The position numbers and the translations under genes were made by a program. This document shows, one piece after another, positions 8,252 to 17,683 of a DNA stretch of 32,532 nucleotides; the first letter of the stretch is position 1; each line of letters starts with the position of its first letter. Under the pieces are notes generated by a model, which had not been told where the DNA came from, made no database searches, and saw only the letters and a list, made by a program, of their open reading frames with translations. Source of the stretch: a virus (taxonomy: Duplodnaviria > Caudoviricetes). The stretch is from positions 1-32,532 of IMG/VR virus record IMGVR_UViG_3300033076_001338; one strand, given 5' to 3'.

Positions 8252-8665
8252 ATGCCTATCCTCCAAGGAATGTGCTCGTCGTTCAAGCAGGAGTCCTGGC
8301 TGGGCATCCACAACCTGCCGGTGGACACCATCAAGATGGCGCTTTACACGGCAAGCGCGAACTTGAGCCCCGCGACCACGGTTTACACGACCGCTGGAGA
8401 GACGACTGGAGCCTATGTGGCCGGCGGGAACGTTCTTACCAACGTCCAGGTGCTGCTGTCCGGGACTACTGCCTACGTCACATTCGACAACCCGGTCTGG
8501 CCCAATGCGTCGTTTACATGCCGTGGAGCGTTGATCTACAACGCATCCCAAGCCAATCGGGCAATCGCAGTCATCGATTTTGGCGCAGACAAGACGGCGT
8601 CTGGCAACTTCACCGTTCAACTTCCGGCGGCAACCGCCACGACTGCGCTGTTGCGCTTTGCATAG
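8252..8665 (+). CDS. Tail-associated structural protein
   Basis: SFKQE...KMALYT...RGALIYN...IDFGADKT motifs; abuts previous stop. Confidence 0.65.
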   Translation: MPILQGMCSSFKQESWLGIHNLPVDTIKMALYTASANLSPATTVYTTAGETTGAYVAGGNVLTNVQVLLSGTTAYVTFDNPVWPNASFTCRGALIYNASQANRAIAVIDFGADKTASGNFTVQLPAATATTALLRFA

Positions 8666-8674
8666 GAGTTCTCC

Positions 8675-9190
8675 ATGATCAACAAGACCAAAGCCGGCGG
8701 TGTGTTCCGCATGCAATGTATCGGCCCGGACGGGAAGCTGAAGTGGGAAGCGGAGTCCCACAACCTCGTGGTGAACGAAGGTCTGAAGTACATGAACGAC
8801 GCGGCGCTTGACGCCGGTACTCAGATCACTACGTGGTACATCGGTCTGTACGGCGCGGGAGCAAGCAACAGCCCCGCTGCTGGCGACACCATGTCCAGCC
8901 ACATCGGGTGGACCGAGAACACGACGTACAGCAACGCCACGCGTCCGACTTGCGCGTTCAGCGCGGCTACGCTGGCTGACCCGTCTGTGACCACAAACAG
9001 CGCTTCTCCGGCGGCGTTCAACATCAACGGCACGACCACGATTGGTGGGGCGTTCTTGACGTCCAACAACACCAAGGGCGGCACGACCGGAACGTTGTTC
9101 TCTGCTGCCGACTTCACCGGCGGCGACCGTTCCGTTGCCAGCGGGGACACGCTGAACGTATCCTATACTTTTTCCCTGGATGCTGCGTAA
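8675..9190 (+). CDS. Tail-associated structural protein
   Basis: AGGAG RBS; NLVVNEG...WYIGL...GTLFSAADF...SGDTLNVSYTFSL. Confidence 0.65.
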   Translation: MINKTKAGGVFRMQCIGPDGKLKWEAESHNLVVNEGLKYMNDAALDAGTQITTWYIGLYGAGASNSPAAGDTMSSHIGWTENTTYSNATRPTCAFSAATLADPSVTTNSASPAAFNINGTTTIGGAFLTSNNTKGGTTGTLFSAADFTGGDRSVASGDTLNVSYTFSLDAA

Positions 9191-9232
9191 TGTGCTAGGA
9201 TACACCCTTCACAACAGAAGGGTGTATCAGCA
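9191..9232 (+). promoter_or_regulatory. RBS-sequestering hairpin overlapped by an extended -10 element
   Basis: Perfect 12-bp inverted repeat GATACACCCTTC (9199-9210) / GAAGGGTGTATC (9217-9228) covering the RBS; TG-C-TAGGAT at 9193-9201. Confidence 0.7.
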
Positions 9233-9792
9233 TGACACGGAACAAGCTCCTTGGCGTCTGGCGCAGCATGCACAACAGGTGCTACAACAAGAACCAAGCG
9301 GCGTACAAAAACTACGGCGCAAGAGGCATCTTTGTGGATCCTCGTTGGCATGGGCCGGAAGGTTTCCAAAAGTTCTTGGAGCACATGGGGATGCCGCTTG
9401 ATGGAGGTTCGTTGGAGCGTATAAACAACGACGGTTCCTACTCGCCGGAGAATTGCAGATGGGCTACCCGGACAGAGCAGGCGCACAACAAGCGCAACAA
9501 CAGAAATATCACGGCGAATGGTCAAACAAAGACGCTGGCAGAGTGGGCCCGGGATCTTGGATGTAGCCCTGCTGCTATCCTGTATCGCATCAAGAACGGG
9601 ATGTCGGAGCAGGACGCAGTGACATTGCCAATCCCGAAAAGGCCAAACTCAAGGCTGTCAGAAGAGGATGTCAGATTGATTCGGTCGAGCTATCCTGTTA
9701 AAACGCTTCAGATGCTTGCCGATGAAATTGGGGTATCCAAGAAGACGGTGATGAACGTCGTCCACAACAAGATCTTCAAGGACGTTGCATGA
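9232..9792 (+). CDS. Free-standing HNH-like endonuclease with C-terminal HTH
   Basis: WRSMHNRCYN...YGARGI...SLERINNDGSYSPENCRWATRTEQAHN; AT-richer than flanks; helix-turn-helix-like tail. Confidence 0.75.
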   Translation: MTRNKLLGVWRSMHNRCYNKNQAAYKNYGARGIFVDPRWHGPEGFQKFLEHMGMPLDGGSLERINNDGSYSPENCRWATRTEQAHNKRNNRNITANGQTKTLAEWARDLGCSPAAILYRIKNGMSEQDAVTLPIPKRPNSRLSEEDVRLIRSSYPVKTLQMLADEIGVSKKTVMNVVHNKIFKDVA

Positions 9793-10061
9793 TCAAGATC
9801 GACTTCGAGTTTGACACCCCTTACGGGGTGTTCCGGGACGCTCTGCACCTCCCGGATGATCACGCCTTCACGGAGGACGAGATCCAAGCCATGAAGGAAC
9901 AGCGACGGGACAACTGGATCGCCGTGGTCACGGCGCCTCCTGTGGAGCCCGAGGTGCAGCCGCTGGAGGTTGCCGGCGAGGTCTACCAGAAGCTGGAGGG
10001 CGTCCCTCCGAGCGGAGCCAAGCTCATCGAGGTCGAGGGCGTCTGGTACTACAAGGTGTAA
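9789..10061 (+). CDS. Small acidic protein, possible chaperone or partner of the giant fibre
   Basis: ATGA overlap; directly precedes the 2012-aa gene; role inferred from position only. Confidence 0.6.
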   Translation: MIKIDFEFDTPYGVFRDALHLPDDHAFTEDEIQAMKEQRRDNWIAVVTAPPVEPEVQPLEVAGEVYQKLEGVPPSGAKLIEVEGVWYYKV

Positions 10062-10064
10062 ACG

Positions 10065-13000
10065 GTGGCTGACAGGTACTGGGTCGGCGGGACAGCATCC
10101 TGGGACGGCACTGCCGGCACCAAATGGTCAACTACGTCTGGGGGCGCTGGCGGGGCCAGCGTACCAACGACTGCTGACGACGTATTTTTCACCAACCTGT
10201 CCACCGGCACCTGCACCATAGCCACCGGCAACACCGGGGCAAAGTCCATCAACTGCACAGGGTTTGCCGGAACCCTGGCGGGCACCGCATCCATCACTGT
10301 CGCAGGAAGCATCACGCTCGCGGCGGGGATGACCTACACCTATACAGGCCAGCTGACAATTACCGGGACCGGCACCATTACAAGTGCCGCCAAATCGTTC
10401 AATGGCTCAGTGATTATCGACGGCGTCGGCATTACGGTCACGCTCGGAGATGCTTGGACGCTTGGTGGCGGTGGCGGAACGCTTACGCTTACCCGTGGGA
10501 CGCTTACAACAAATAATTACAATCTAACGGCTCTTGATTTTAATAGCGCCAATACAAATACCAGAACTCTTAATCTAGGTAGCAGTACTGTTACATTGAC
10601 CTTTAACGGATGGAATACGTCCACAAATACGAACTTTACCCTCAACGCCGGGACTTCGACGGTTATTATTGCCAATACCGGAGGAGGGAATTTGCAAGCG
10701 GGGCCAACAAACGATTCAACCGCTCCGGGACTTACTTTTTATAACGTTTCTTTTGTCGGATTTACTTTTGGCGGAATAAGAGGCATAAACGGAAAGAATA
10801 CTTTCAATGACCTCACGCTTGCGGGATCGGTATTTGCAGGTTTTGTGGCCTACAACTTGACCGCAAGCCAAACTATAAATGGCACTTTCTCCACGACCAG
10901 TGTTGCTGGTAATCGTAGGGTTATTTGCAGAACGAACAGTCTTGGTATCGCGCACACATTGACGGTTAACGCGAGTCCAAGCCTGACGGACATCGACTTC
11001 AGGGACATCTACGTCATTGGCAGCGCCGCGCCCATCAGCGGCACCAGGATAGGCGACCTCAGGGGCTGCAGAGGCATCACGTTCAGCACACCCAAGACGG
11101 TGTATTGGTCTAATAATAGCGGTGGCAGCTGGTCTTCTACAAGCTGGGCCACTTCCGCTGGTGGTGTCGCCAGCGACGCAAACTTCCCGCTCGCGCAGGA
11201 TACTGCAACTTTTGTAAATACCGGGCTGAATACATCGGCCACGGTAACAATGGACGTTTCTGTGCCTTATACGGGCACGGTGGATATGTCCGGGCGAACC
11301 AACGCCATGACGCTGAGTATTGGGTCGTACACCATTTACGGGGACTGGAAGAACGGCTCTGGCACGACGCTGTCGGGGGCTAATACGCTAACGTACTCTG
11401 GACGAAACACGCAGACCATTACCAGCGCGGGGAAGACGTTTAGTGGGCCACTTACGGTTGATTCCTACGGCGGCTCTGTCGAGCTTGCCGACGCCCTTAA
11501 TATCGGCAGCAACACCCTCACCGTCACCAACGGCACCTTCGACACCAAGAACTTCAACGTCACAGCCGGAGCGTTGTCGTCCAATAACACCAACGTCAGA
11601 GGTATTACGCTAGGCAGCAGCACGCTAACGTTTAGTGGCACTGCGCCGGTACAGTTCGCTGTAAGCTTGAACTTGACCTTTTCTGCGGGCGCATCGCAGA
11701 TAAACTTGACATCGGCATCTGCAATTACATTCGATGGCGGGTTTTCTACGTTTTATAACGTTTCATTTACCGGTACCACCGCAGTAACGCACAATATTAC
11801 AGGCCAGAACACATTTAACAATCTGACCCTGACGGCCCCTGCTGCCACAGGGTTGATGCAGTGTACTTTTGGGCTTAACCAAACCATCACCGGCACCCTA
11901 ACCGTCTCCGGCGCCACCCCCGTCCGGCGAATCTTCATCCGCTCGAATACCTTCGGTACGCAACGCACGCTCAGCGTAGGCACGCTCAGCGCCACCGACT
12001 GCGACCTCAGAGACATCGCCATCACAGGGGCTGCGGCAGGCTCTTCTCCAACCCGTGCAGGCGACTGTGGCGGCAACAGCGGTATCACCTTCCCTGCCGC
12101 AAAGACCGTCTATTGGAACCTTGCCGGGGCTCAGAACTGGTCTGCAACGGCTTGGGCACCGGGTTCTGGTGGCACGCCTGACATCAACAACTTCCCGCTG
12201 GCTCAGGACACAGCGGTGTTTGACAACACCGGCAGCGTGACAGGCACCATCACCATCAATGCAGGTTTTAATGTAGGCGCCGTTAACGCCTCTACACGCA
12301 CAAGCGCCATGACCCTGTCGCTTGCAACAACAACACCAATCTACGGGTCATTAACACTGGGTACCGGAGTGACCACATCAGGTGCGTCCACTTTACAATT
12401 TTCCAGCCCAAATTCTGTGACCATTACCTCTAATGGTGTTTCAATATCTTACGGAATAAGTATAGAAAGAGGAAAGGTTCAATTAGGGGATGCAATAAAT
12501 ACGACTAGTGTCGGAACATTTTCTCTTTTGCTAAACGGAGGAGAGTTTGATGCGGTATCGTACAATGTAACTACAAGGAATTTTTCTTTTAGTTCCAATA
12601 CAAATGTAAAGACGCTTAGGATGGGTTCTGGTACATGGACCCTTACACATCCAAGTTCCCCTTGGGACGCTTCCACAACAACAAATGCGGCCTTTTACAA
12701 AGGCACCGCCAACATCGTCCTCTCTGACACCAGCACCTCTGCCCGCACCTTTACCGGCGGCGGTCTCTCCTACAACAAGCTGACCATCGGCGGCACCACC
12801 GGCATCTCCACCCTCACCATCTCCGGCAACAACCAATTTACCGAGCTTGCCTCCACCAAGACCGTAGCCCACACCATTGCCCTTGGCACCACAACCCAGA
12901 CCTTCGGCAAATGGACGGTGACAGGCACTGCAGGCAACGTCGTCACCCTGACCGGCACAGGCACCTCGCACATCCTTGCAGGCGCCTGCACCAGCGGCAT

Positions 13001-16000
13001 TGACTACCTTGCGATGGGATCAATTGGCTTTGCTGCCACCAGCCCTGGTGAGTTCTACGCAGGGGCCAACAGCACGGGCACCGCAGGCGCTCCTGTCTAT
13101 TTCACCGCCAAACCTGCTGACAGCACGCGCTACTGGGTTGGCGGCACGGGGAACTGGAGTTCCACGACCAAGTGGTCTACGTCGTCTGGCGGGGCCTCCG
13201 GGGCGTCGGTGCCACGCAGTCATGACGACGTGGTGTTCGATGCGGCTTCCAACGCAACGTCCTACACCGCCACCATCGATGCGGTTACGGGTGGCGTCCG
13301 CATGAAGTCGCTGACTATCGCTGGACCTGCGTCGGGGAGCCTGACGCTGGCCGGATCGGCGCTTACGTTCGTCCACGACAACATTTCGTTTCCTGCCTCT
13401 GGGTTTATCTGTACTTACAGCGGAACGATGACGCTGACGGGGTCTACAACCGGCAGAACGCTGACTACGAACGGTATTGCGCACAGCTTCCCGATATCGG
13501 TTAACGGTGTGGACTGCGGTTGGTCCTTTGGCAGCGCGGCAACCCCATCCGGGATCATAGTCACAAATGGTTCGCTAGACTTTGCTGGCTACGCCGTTAC
13601 GACACTGTCTTTAGCATCTAACAACCTCAACTCTCGTACCGTTAATTTTGGTTCCGGAACAACAACAATTTCTGGAACAACTTCCGTAAACTTTGGAACT
13701 ACGGAAAATATTCGGGCGAACTTGACCGTTACCGCAAGTACGTCCCAAATAAATGTCTCGTCCAACTCTCCCACCTTCTCTGGCAACAATCAAACGTTCT
13801 ACAACGTCAGTTTTACGGGTGTGAGCACAGGAACCATCACCGTCAACGGAGCCAATAGCTACAACAATCTGTCTTTTTCGGGCAGTATAGCTACCGGCTT
13901 AAAATTTATTTCTTTGACCGCCAACCAAACTGTCGCAGGCACTCTCACCTTTTCCGCAGGTACTGACGCCACCATGCGGCGTTTCTGCCGCAGCGACACC
14001 ATTGGCACTACCTGCACCATCACAGCCGCTGCTGTGACCATGACGGATGTGGACTTTCGAGACATCACCATCGCTGGTGCTGCTGCTCCCGCCTCTGGTA
14101 CGCGCATTGGAGACTGCAAGGGAAACAGCGGCATCACGTTTACAGCCGCTACAACCCGGTATTGGAACTTGGTAGGCGGAGGGAGCTGGTCTTCCACGGG
14201 CTGGGCGGCAACTGCAGGGGGCGCTCCTGCGGCAAACAATTTCCCTCTTGCCCAAGATACGGCGGTGTTTCAAGCCACAGGGCTCAATAGTGGTGCCACC
14301 GTGACCATCGATCAGGGGTGGAATATCGGCACCATCGATATGTCGGCCAGGACGACGAATACGATGACGCTGGCGACGGGAACGACGACCCCGTTTATTC
14401 ATGGAAACTGGATCAATGGCACTGGGACAACCGTAACCGGAACAAGTGTCCAGACGTTTTCGGGGAGGGCTACGCAAACAATTACAAGCGCCGGTAAGAA
14501 TATGCCGTTTGCGCTGTATGTCGACTCCCCTGGCGGCACCGTTGTGCTTCAAGATGCCTACTCATCGAGCACAAGTGGCAGCGATGTAGTGACCGTAACG
14601 CGCGGAACATTTGACGCCGCCACTTATAACGTGACCCTAAGCGGGGCTGCTGCAGGTGTATCAAGCAACAATTCCAATGTACGAACCATTGCTGTAGGCT
14701 CAGGAACATGGACTATCGCCGGAACCTCGCCGTGGTCTGCGTCCACCTCCACCAACCTCACCGTCACCGGCACCGGCACCATCAGCCTTACCTCGGCTTC
14801 TGCCAAGACATTCGCTGGTGGTAGCGTGTCCTATTCCGGCATCACCCTGAACCAAGGTGGCAACGGCACGCTCACCATTACAGGCGACAACACCTTCAAG
14901 ACCATCAGCAGCACTGCCGCTGGTGCCAACACCATCAGCCTGGGCACGACAACGCAGACCGTCACCACATCATGGACGGCTGCGGGCACGGCAGGCAACG
15001 TGCTGACGGTCACGGGGTCTTCGGCAACCTCCCCCGGGACGCTGGTTTTCACGGGCAGCGGGCAGGCTGCGAACGTGGACTACTTGGCCATCACGGGCGT
15101 GCGGGCCTACAGCCTGACGGACACATGGTACGCAGGCGGCAATTCGACCAACAACGGCTCCCTTGGGTGGATCTTCGCCGCTGCCGGCGGGACGATTTAT
15201 AACGTCTCGTTCTCTGACACCGCTACGGGCGCGGACGCAATCAGTGCGACTGCGACGTTCAATGTCTCGTTCTCGGACACCGTCACGGGCCTTGATGCAG
15301 TTTCTGGCGGCTCCGTGTTCAGCGCGGACTTCTCGGACTCTGCCACCGGAACCGATGCGATAGCGGCCAGCGTTGTCATTAGCGCGGCGTTCTCGGACAC
15401 TGCGACAGGGGCAGATGCGCTGAACACCAGCGCGGTTCTGAACGTCGCCATCTCGGACACTGCCACCGGCACCGACACGCTCAACACGACGGCAACGCTG
15501 AACGTCGCTTTCTCGGACACTGCCACGGGCGCGGATGCGATCAATGTAAACGCCACGCTCAGCGCAGCCTTCTCGGACACTGCCACCGGCACCGACGCGG
15601 TATCTACCACCGCCACGCTCAACGTCTCCGTTTCGGACACTGCCTCCGGCCTGGACGCTTTCTCTGCGGGGCTTGTTTTTAGTGCGGCCTTTGCCGACAC
15701 TGCCAGCGGCGCAGACTCCATCAATGCTGGCGGCACGTTCAATGTAGCCTTCTCGGATACCGCTTCGGGCGCTGACGCAATTTCCGCAACCGCCACGCTC
15801 ATCGCAGCGTTCTCGGATGCCGCATCGATCTTGGACGATCCTGCGGTCGCGGCTTCTATATTCAACGTCACCCTGGACGAAGTCGCCTCGGGGCTGGATA
15901 TTCTCAGCCCTGCCGGATCCACGTTCAATGTGTCCCTGAGCGAGTCCGGGACGCTCGTGGACCTTGTGGCGGGCGACTACCTGTGGAATCCAATTGATGA

Positions 16001-16103
16001 CAGCCAGAGCCCCAACTGGCAGAATGTCGTAACCGCTCCCACCACTACCTGGACGGACATCGACGATTCCCAGAGCCCGGGTTGGGTTCAGATCCAAACC
16101 TAA
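10065..16103 (+). CDS. Giant Thr/Gly/Ser-rich fibre or adhesin-like virion protein (2012 aa)
   Basis: GTG start; five ~340-aa modules each opening YW..GG.W..T.W, followed by a 20-aa repeat array. Confidence 0.8.
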   Translation: MADRYWVGGTASWDGTAGTKWSTTSGGAGGASVPTTADDVFFTNLSTGTCTIATGNTGAKSINCTGFAGTLAGTASITVAGSITLAAGMTYTYTGQLTITGTGTITSAAKSFNGSVIIDGVGITVTLGDAWTLGGGGGTLTLTRGTLTTNNYNLTALDFNSANTNTRTLNLGSSTVTLTFNGWNTSTNTNFTLNAGTSTVIIANTGGGNLQAGPTNDSTAPGLTFYNVSFVGFTFGGIRGINGKNTFNDLTLAGSVFAGFVAYNLTASQTINGTFSTTSVAGNRRVICRTNSLGIAHTLTVNASPSLTDIDFRDIYVIGSAAPISGTRIGDLRGCRGITFSTPKTVYWSNNSGGSWSSTSWATSAGGVASDANFPLAQDTATFVNTGLNTSATVTMDVSVPYTGTVDMSGRTNAMTLSIGSYTIYGDWKNGSGTTLSGANTLTYSGRNTQTITSAGKTFSGPLTVDSYGGSVELADALNIGSNTLTVTNGTFDTKNFNVTAGALSSNNTNVRGITLGSSTLTFSGTAPVQFAVSLNLTFSAGASQINLTSASAITFDGGFSTFYNVSFTGTTAVTHNITGQNTFNNLTLTAPAATGLMQCTFGLNQTITGTLTVSGATPVRRIFIRSNTFGTQRTLSVGTLSATDCDLRDIAITGAAAGSSPTRAGDCGGNSGITFPAAKTVYWNLAGAQNWSATAWAPGSGGTPDINNFPLAQDTAVFDNTGSVTGTITINAGFNVGAVNASTRTSAMTLSLATTTPIYGSLTLGTGVTTSGASTLQFSSPNSVTITSNGVSISYGISIERGKVQLGDAINTTSVGTFSLLLNGGEFDAVSYNVTTRNFSFSSNTNVKTLRMGSGTWTLTHPSSPWDASTTTNAAFYKGTANIVLSDTSTSARTFTGGGLSYNKLTIGGTTGISTLTISGNNQFTELASTKTVAHTIALGTTTQTFGKWTVTGTAGNVVTLTGTGTSHILAGACTSGIDYLAMGSIGFAATSPGEFYAGANSTGTAGAPVYFTAKPADSTRYWVGGTGNWSSTTKWSTSSGGASGASVPRSHDDVVFDAASNATSYTATIDAVTGGVRMKSLTIAGPASGSLTLAGSALTFVHDNISFPASGFICTYSGTMTLTGSTTGRTLTTNGIAHSFPISVNGVDCGWSFGSAATPSGIIVTNGSLDFAGYAVTTLSLASNNLNSRTVNFGSGTTTISGTTSVNFGTTENIRANLTVTASTSQINVSSNSPTFSGNNQTFYNVSFTGVSTGTITVNGANSYNNLSFSGSIATGLKFISLTANQTVAGTLTFSAGTDATMRRFCRSDTIGTTCTITAAAVTMTDVDFRDITIAGAAAPASGTRIGDCKGNSGITFTAATTRYWNLVGGGSWSSTGWAATAGGAPAANNFPLAQDTAVFQATGLNSGATVTIDQGWNIGTIDMSARTTNTMTLATGTTTPFIHGNWINGTGTTVTGTSVQTFSGRATQTITSAGKNMPFALYVDSPGGTVVLQDAYSSSTSGSDVVTVTRGTFDAATYNVTLSGAAAGVSSNNSNVRTIAVGSGTWTIAGTSPWSASTSTNLTVTGTGTISLTSASAKTFAGGSVSYSGITLNQGGNGTLTITGDNTFKTISSTAAGANTISLGTTTQTVTTSWTAAGTAGNVLTVTGSSATSPGTLVFTGSGQAANVDYLAITGVRAYSLTDTWYAGGNSTNNGSLGWIFAAAGGTIYNVSFSDTATGADAISATATFNVSFSDTVTGLDAVSGGSVFSADFSDSATGTDAIAASVVISAAFSDTATGADALNTSAVLNVAISDTATGTDTLNTTATLNVAFSDTATGADAINVNATLSAAFSDTATGTDAVSTTATLNVSVSDTASGLDAFSAGLVFSAAFADTASGADSINAGGTFNVAFSDTASGADAISATATLIAAFSDAASILDDPAVAASIFNVTLDEVASGLDILSPAGSTFNVSLSESGTLVDLVAGDYLWNPIDDSQSPNWQNVVTAPTTTWTDIDDSQSPGWVQIQT
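15210..15960 (+). repeat. 60-bp / 20-aa tandem coding repeat (about 11 clear plus 2 degenerate copies)
   Basis: TCTCGGACAC-type core recurs at 15271, 15391, 15451, 15511, 15571; consensus FSDTATGADAIxxxATLNVA. Confidence 0.9.
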
Positions 16104-16112
16104 GAGGTGCCA

Positions 16113-17039
16113 ATGCCTGGAACCAATTACACCACCAACCTGCGCCTCGCAAATCCCAGCCTGAACGATACCGGCTGGGGCACGACCGTCAGCAACGGGA
16201 TGATCGACCTGACGGACCAAGCTATCGCTGGTCAGGCCACCGCAGATGTGACGTCGGCAGATGTCACCCTGAGCATCGTTGATGGCAGCGCAGGGGTGAA
16301 CTCCGCGCGGAACATGTTCCTGAGCATTACCGGGACTCCCGGAGTCGCTCGGTCGGTCATCGTTCCCACCAACCGCAAGCTGTATTTCGTCACCAATAGC
16401 TGCGGGCAGACTGTCACGGTCAAGGTTTCTGGGCAAACCGGCGTTGCCGTGCCTGATGGTGCATCCATGACGCTGCGGATCAATGCCGCTGGGACTGATG
16501 TCGTTCAAGCGTTCACAAACGCGGTGTCGCCAAGTTTTACCGGCACGCCAACGGCGCCCACGGCGGCTTACGGCACCAACACCACGCAGCTTGCCACGAC
16601 GGCGTTTGTCCAAGCCGCTCTCCAAGCGCTGCATCCTGTTGGTTCGATCTATATCAACGCGACCAGTTCCACCAATCCGGCCACCCTTTTTGGTTTCGGC
16701 ACCTGGGTTGCATTCGGCGCAGGGCGCGTGCCGGTCGGTTTTGATTCGGGCAATCCGCTGTTTGATTCTGCCGAAGAAACGGGCGGTTCTGCGGACGCGA
16801 TTGTTGTCAGCCACACGCATACGCTGACGGATCCCGGCCATACACATACGACAACGGTTCCAATATCTGCAATTGGGGATAGTCGTCAAGCTCTTTATTC
16901 AACCGCCGGTGCCGACACAACCTCACTGACCACATCGTCTTCTACCACCGGCATCAGCGTAAACACGGCGGGCTCTAGCGGCACCAACGCAAACTACCAG
17001 CCGTACATCACCGTTTACATGTGGAAGCGGACGGCATGA
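16113..17039 (+). CDS. Tail fibre/baseplate-type protein with T4 gp10-like C-terminal domain
   Basis: GAGG RBS before ATG 16113; FTGTPTAPTA...TQLATTAFV fibre motif; HPVGSIY...FGTWVAFGAGRVPVG...HTH...QPYITVYMWKRTA. Confidence 0.75.
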   Translation: MPGTNYTTNLRLANPSLNDTGWGTTVSNGMIDLTDQAIAGQATADVTSADVTLSIVDGSAGVNSARNMFLSITGTPGVARSVIVPTNRKLYFVTNSCGQTVTVKVSGQTGVAVPDGASMTLRINAAGTDVVQAFTNAVSPSFTGTPTAPTAAYGTNTTQLATTAFVQAALQALHPVGSIYINATSSTNPATLFGFGTWVAFGAGRVPVGFDSGNPLFDSAEETGGSADAIVVSHTHTLTDPGHTHTTTVPISAIGDSRQALYSTAGADTTSLTTSSSTTGISVNTAGSSGTNANYQPYITVYMWKRTA

Positions 17040-17086
17040 ACTTCGACGCAGCCTTCCAGCGCGTCCTCAAGCACGAGGGCGGTTAT
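17036..17086 (+). pseudogene. Orphaned 5' fragment of the GH108 endolysin
   Basis: ATGA-coupled to the upstream gene; encodes MNFDAAFQRVLKHEGGY, 9/17 identical to the start of the intact endolysin, then runs into antisense HNH sequence. Confidence 0.85.
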
Positions 17087-17622
17087 TCTGCTGTCTCTCT
17101 AGCTCTGGTCAAGCGCAAAACGATCTCTCTGGCATGCGCTCCTGTAAGGCCAAAGCTCTCCCCCAATTCCGCGTATGTTGGGTTGTATTTGGCATGAACG
17201 TTACGAACGGCGTTAATAAACTTGTCCGAATATTTGGACAGATTGGTGTTTTCGCCGTGCTGTTTGTTAAGGCCTGTTTGGCGCGCATGCGTGTTGTTTC
17301 GTGTATAAGAGGCCCATTCAAGGTTGTCTGCCGAGTTGTTATGCTTGTTCCCGTCTTTGTGGTTAACCGTATTTTTGGCAAATACTACCTCTGGTTGCGG
17401 GAGAAAAACCTCCGCTACAAGCCGATGGACAAGCAAGTGTTTGCCGCTGAAGCTTACCGTAAGGTACCCTGTAGCTTGGTGGGTAAGCCTAAGATCTGCG
17501 GGGGGCAACATACCTTTTCGTCCGTCAGAATAAATAAGCGGGCGGGCTTTTCTTCGGACACGCCCGTCAGAAGACACTTGCAAAAATCCGCCTGTACTAG
17601 GAACATCGCGCCAGTCGTCCAT
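17083..17622 (-). CDS. NUMOD4-HNH homing endonuclease
   Basis: WRDVP...QVSSDGRVR (NUMOD4); VHRLVAEVFL...VNHKDGNKHNNSADNLEW (HNH); C-terminal HTH; AT-rich; only convincing minus-strand gene. Confidence 0.9.
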   Translation of the reverse strand: MDDWRDVPSTGGFLQVSSDGRVRRKARPLIYSDGRKGMLPPADLRLTHQATGYLTVSFSGKHLLVHRLVAEVFLPQPEVVFAKNTVNHKDGNKHNNSADNLEWASYTRNNTHARQTGLNKQHGENTNLSKYSDKFINAVRNVHAKYNPTYAELGESFGLTGAHAREIVLRLTRARETAE

Positions 17623-17653
17623 ATCGGTCCTTTGGGTGGTTAGGATCGTTTAG

Positions 17654-17683
17654 ATCATAGGAATGGTCATGGAGTTTGAGCAA
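17654..17683 (-). promoter_or_regulatory. Putative sigma70-type promoter for the HNH gene
   Basis: Minus strand TTGCTC (17683-17678), 18 nt, TATGAT (17659-17654); AAGGA RBS before ATG 17622. Confidence 0.45.

Noticed and set aside
15210-15960. CRISPR array
   Set aside because: Period is exactly 60 bp, in frame, degenerate at third positions, with no unique spacers; it is a protein repeat
10065-16103. Diversity-generating retroelement target
   Set aside because: No reverse transcriptase in the window and no near-identical repeat pair differing only at adenines was seen
17134-17643. Plus-strand 169-aa ORF over the HNH gene
   Set aside because: Antisense to a gene with clear NUMOD4/HNH motifs; no recognisable features
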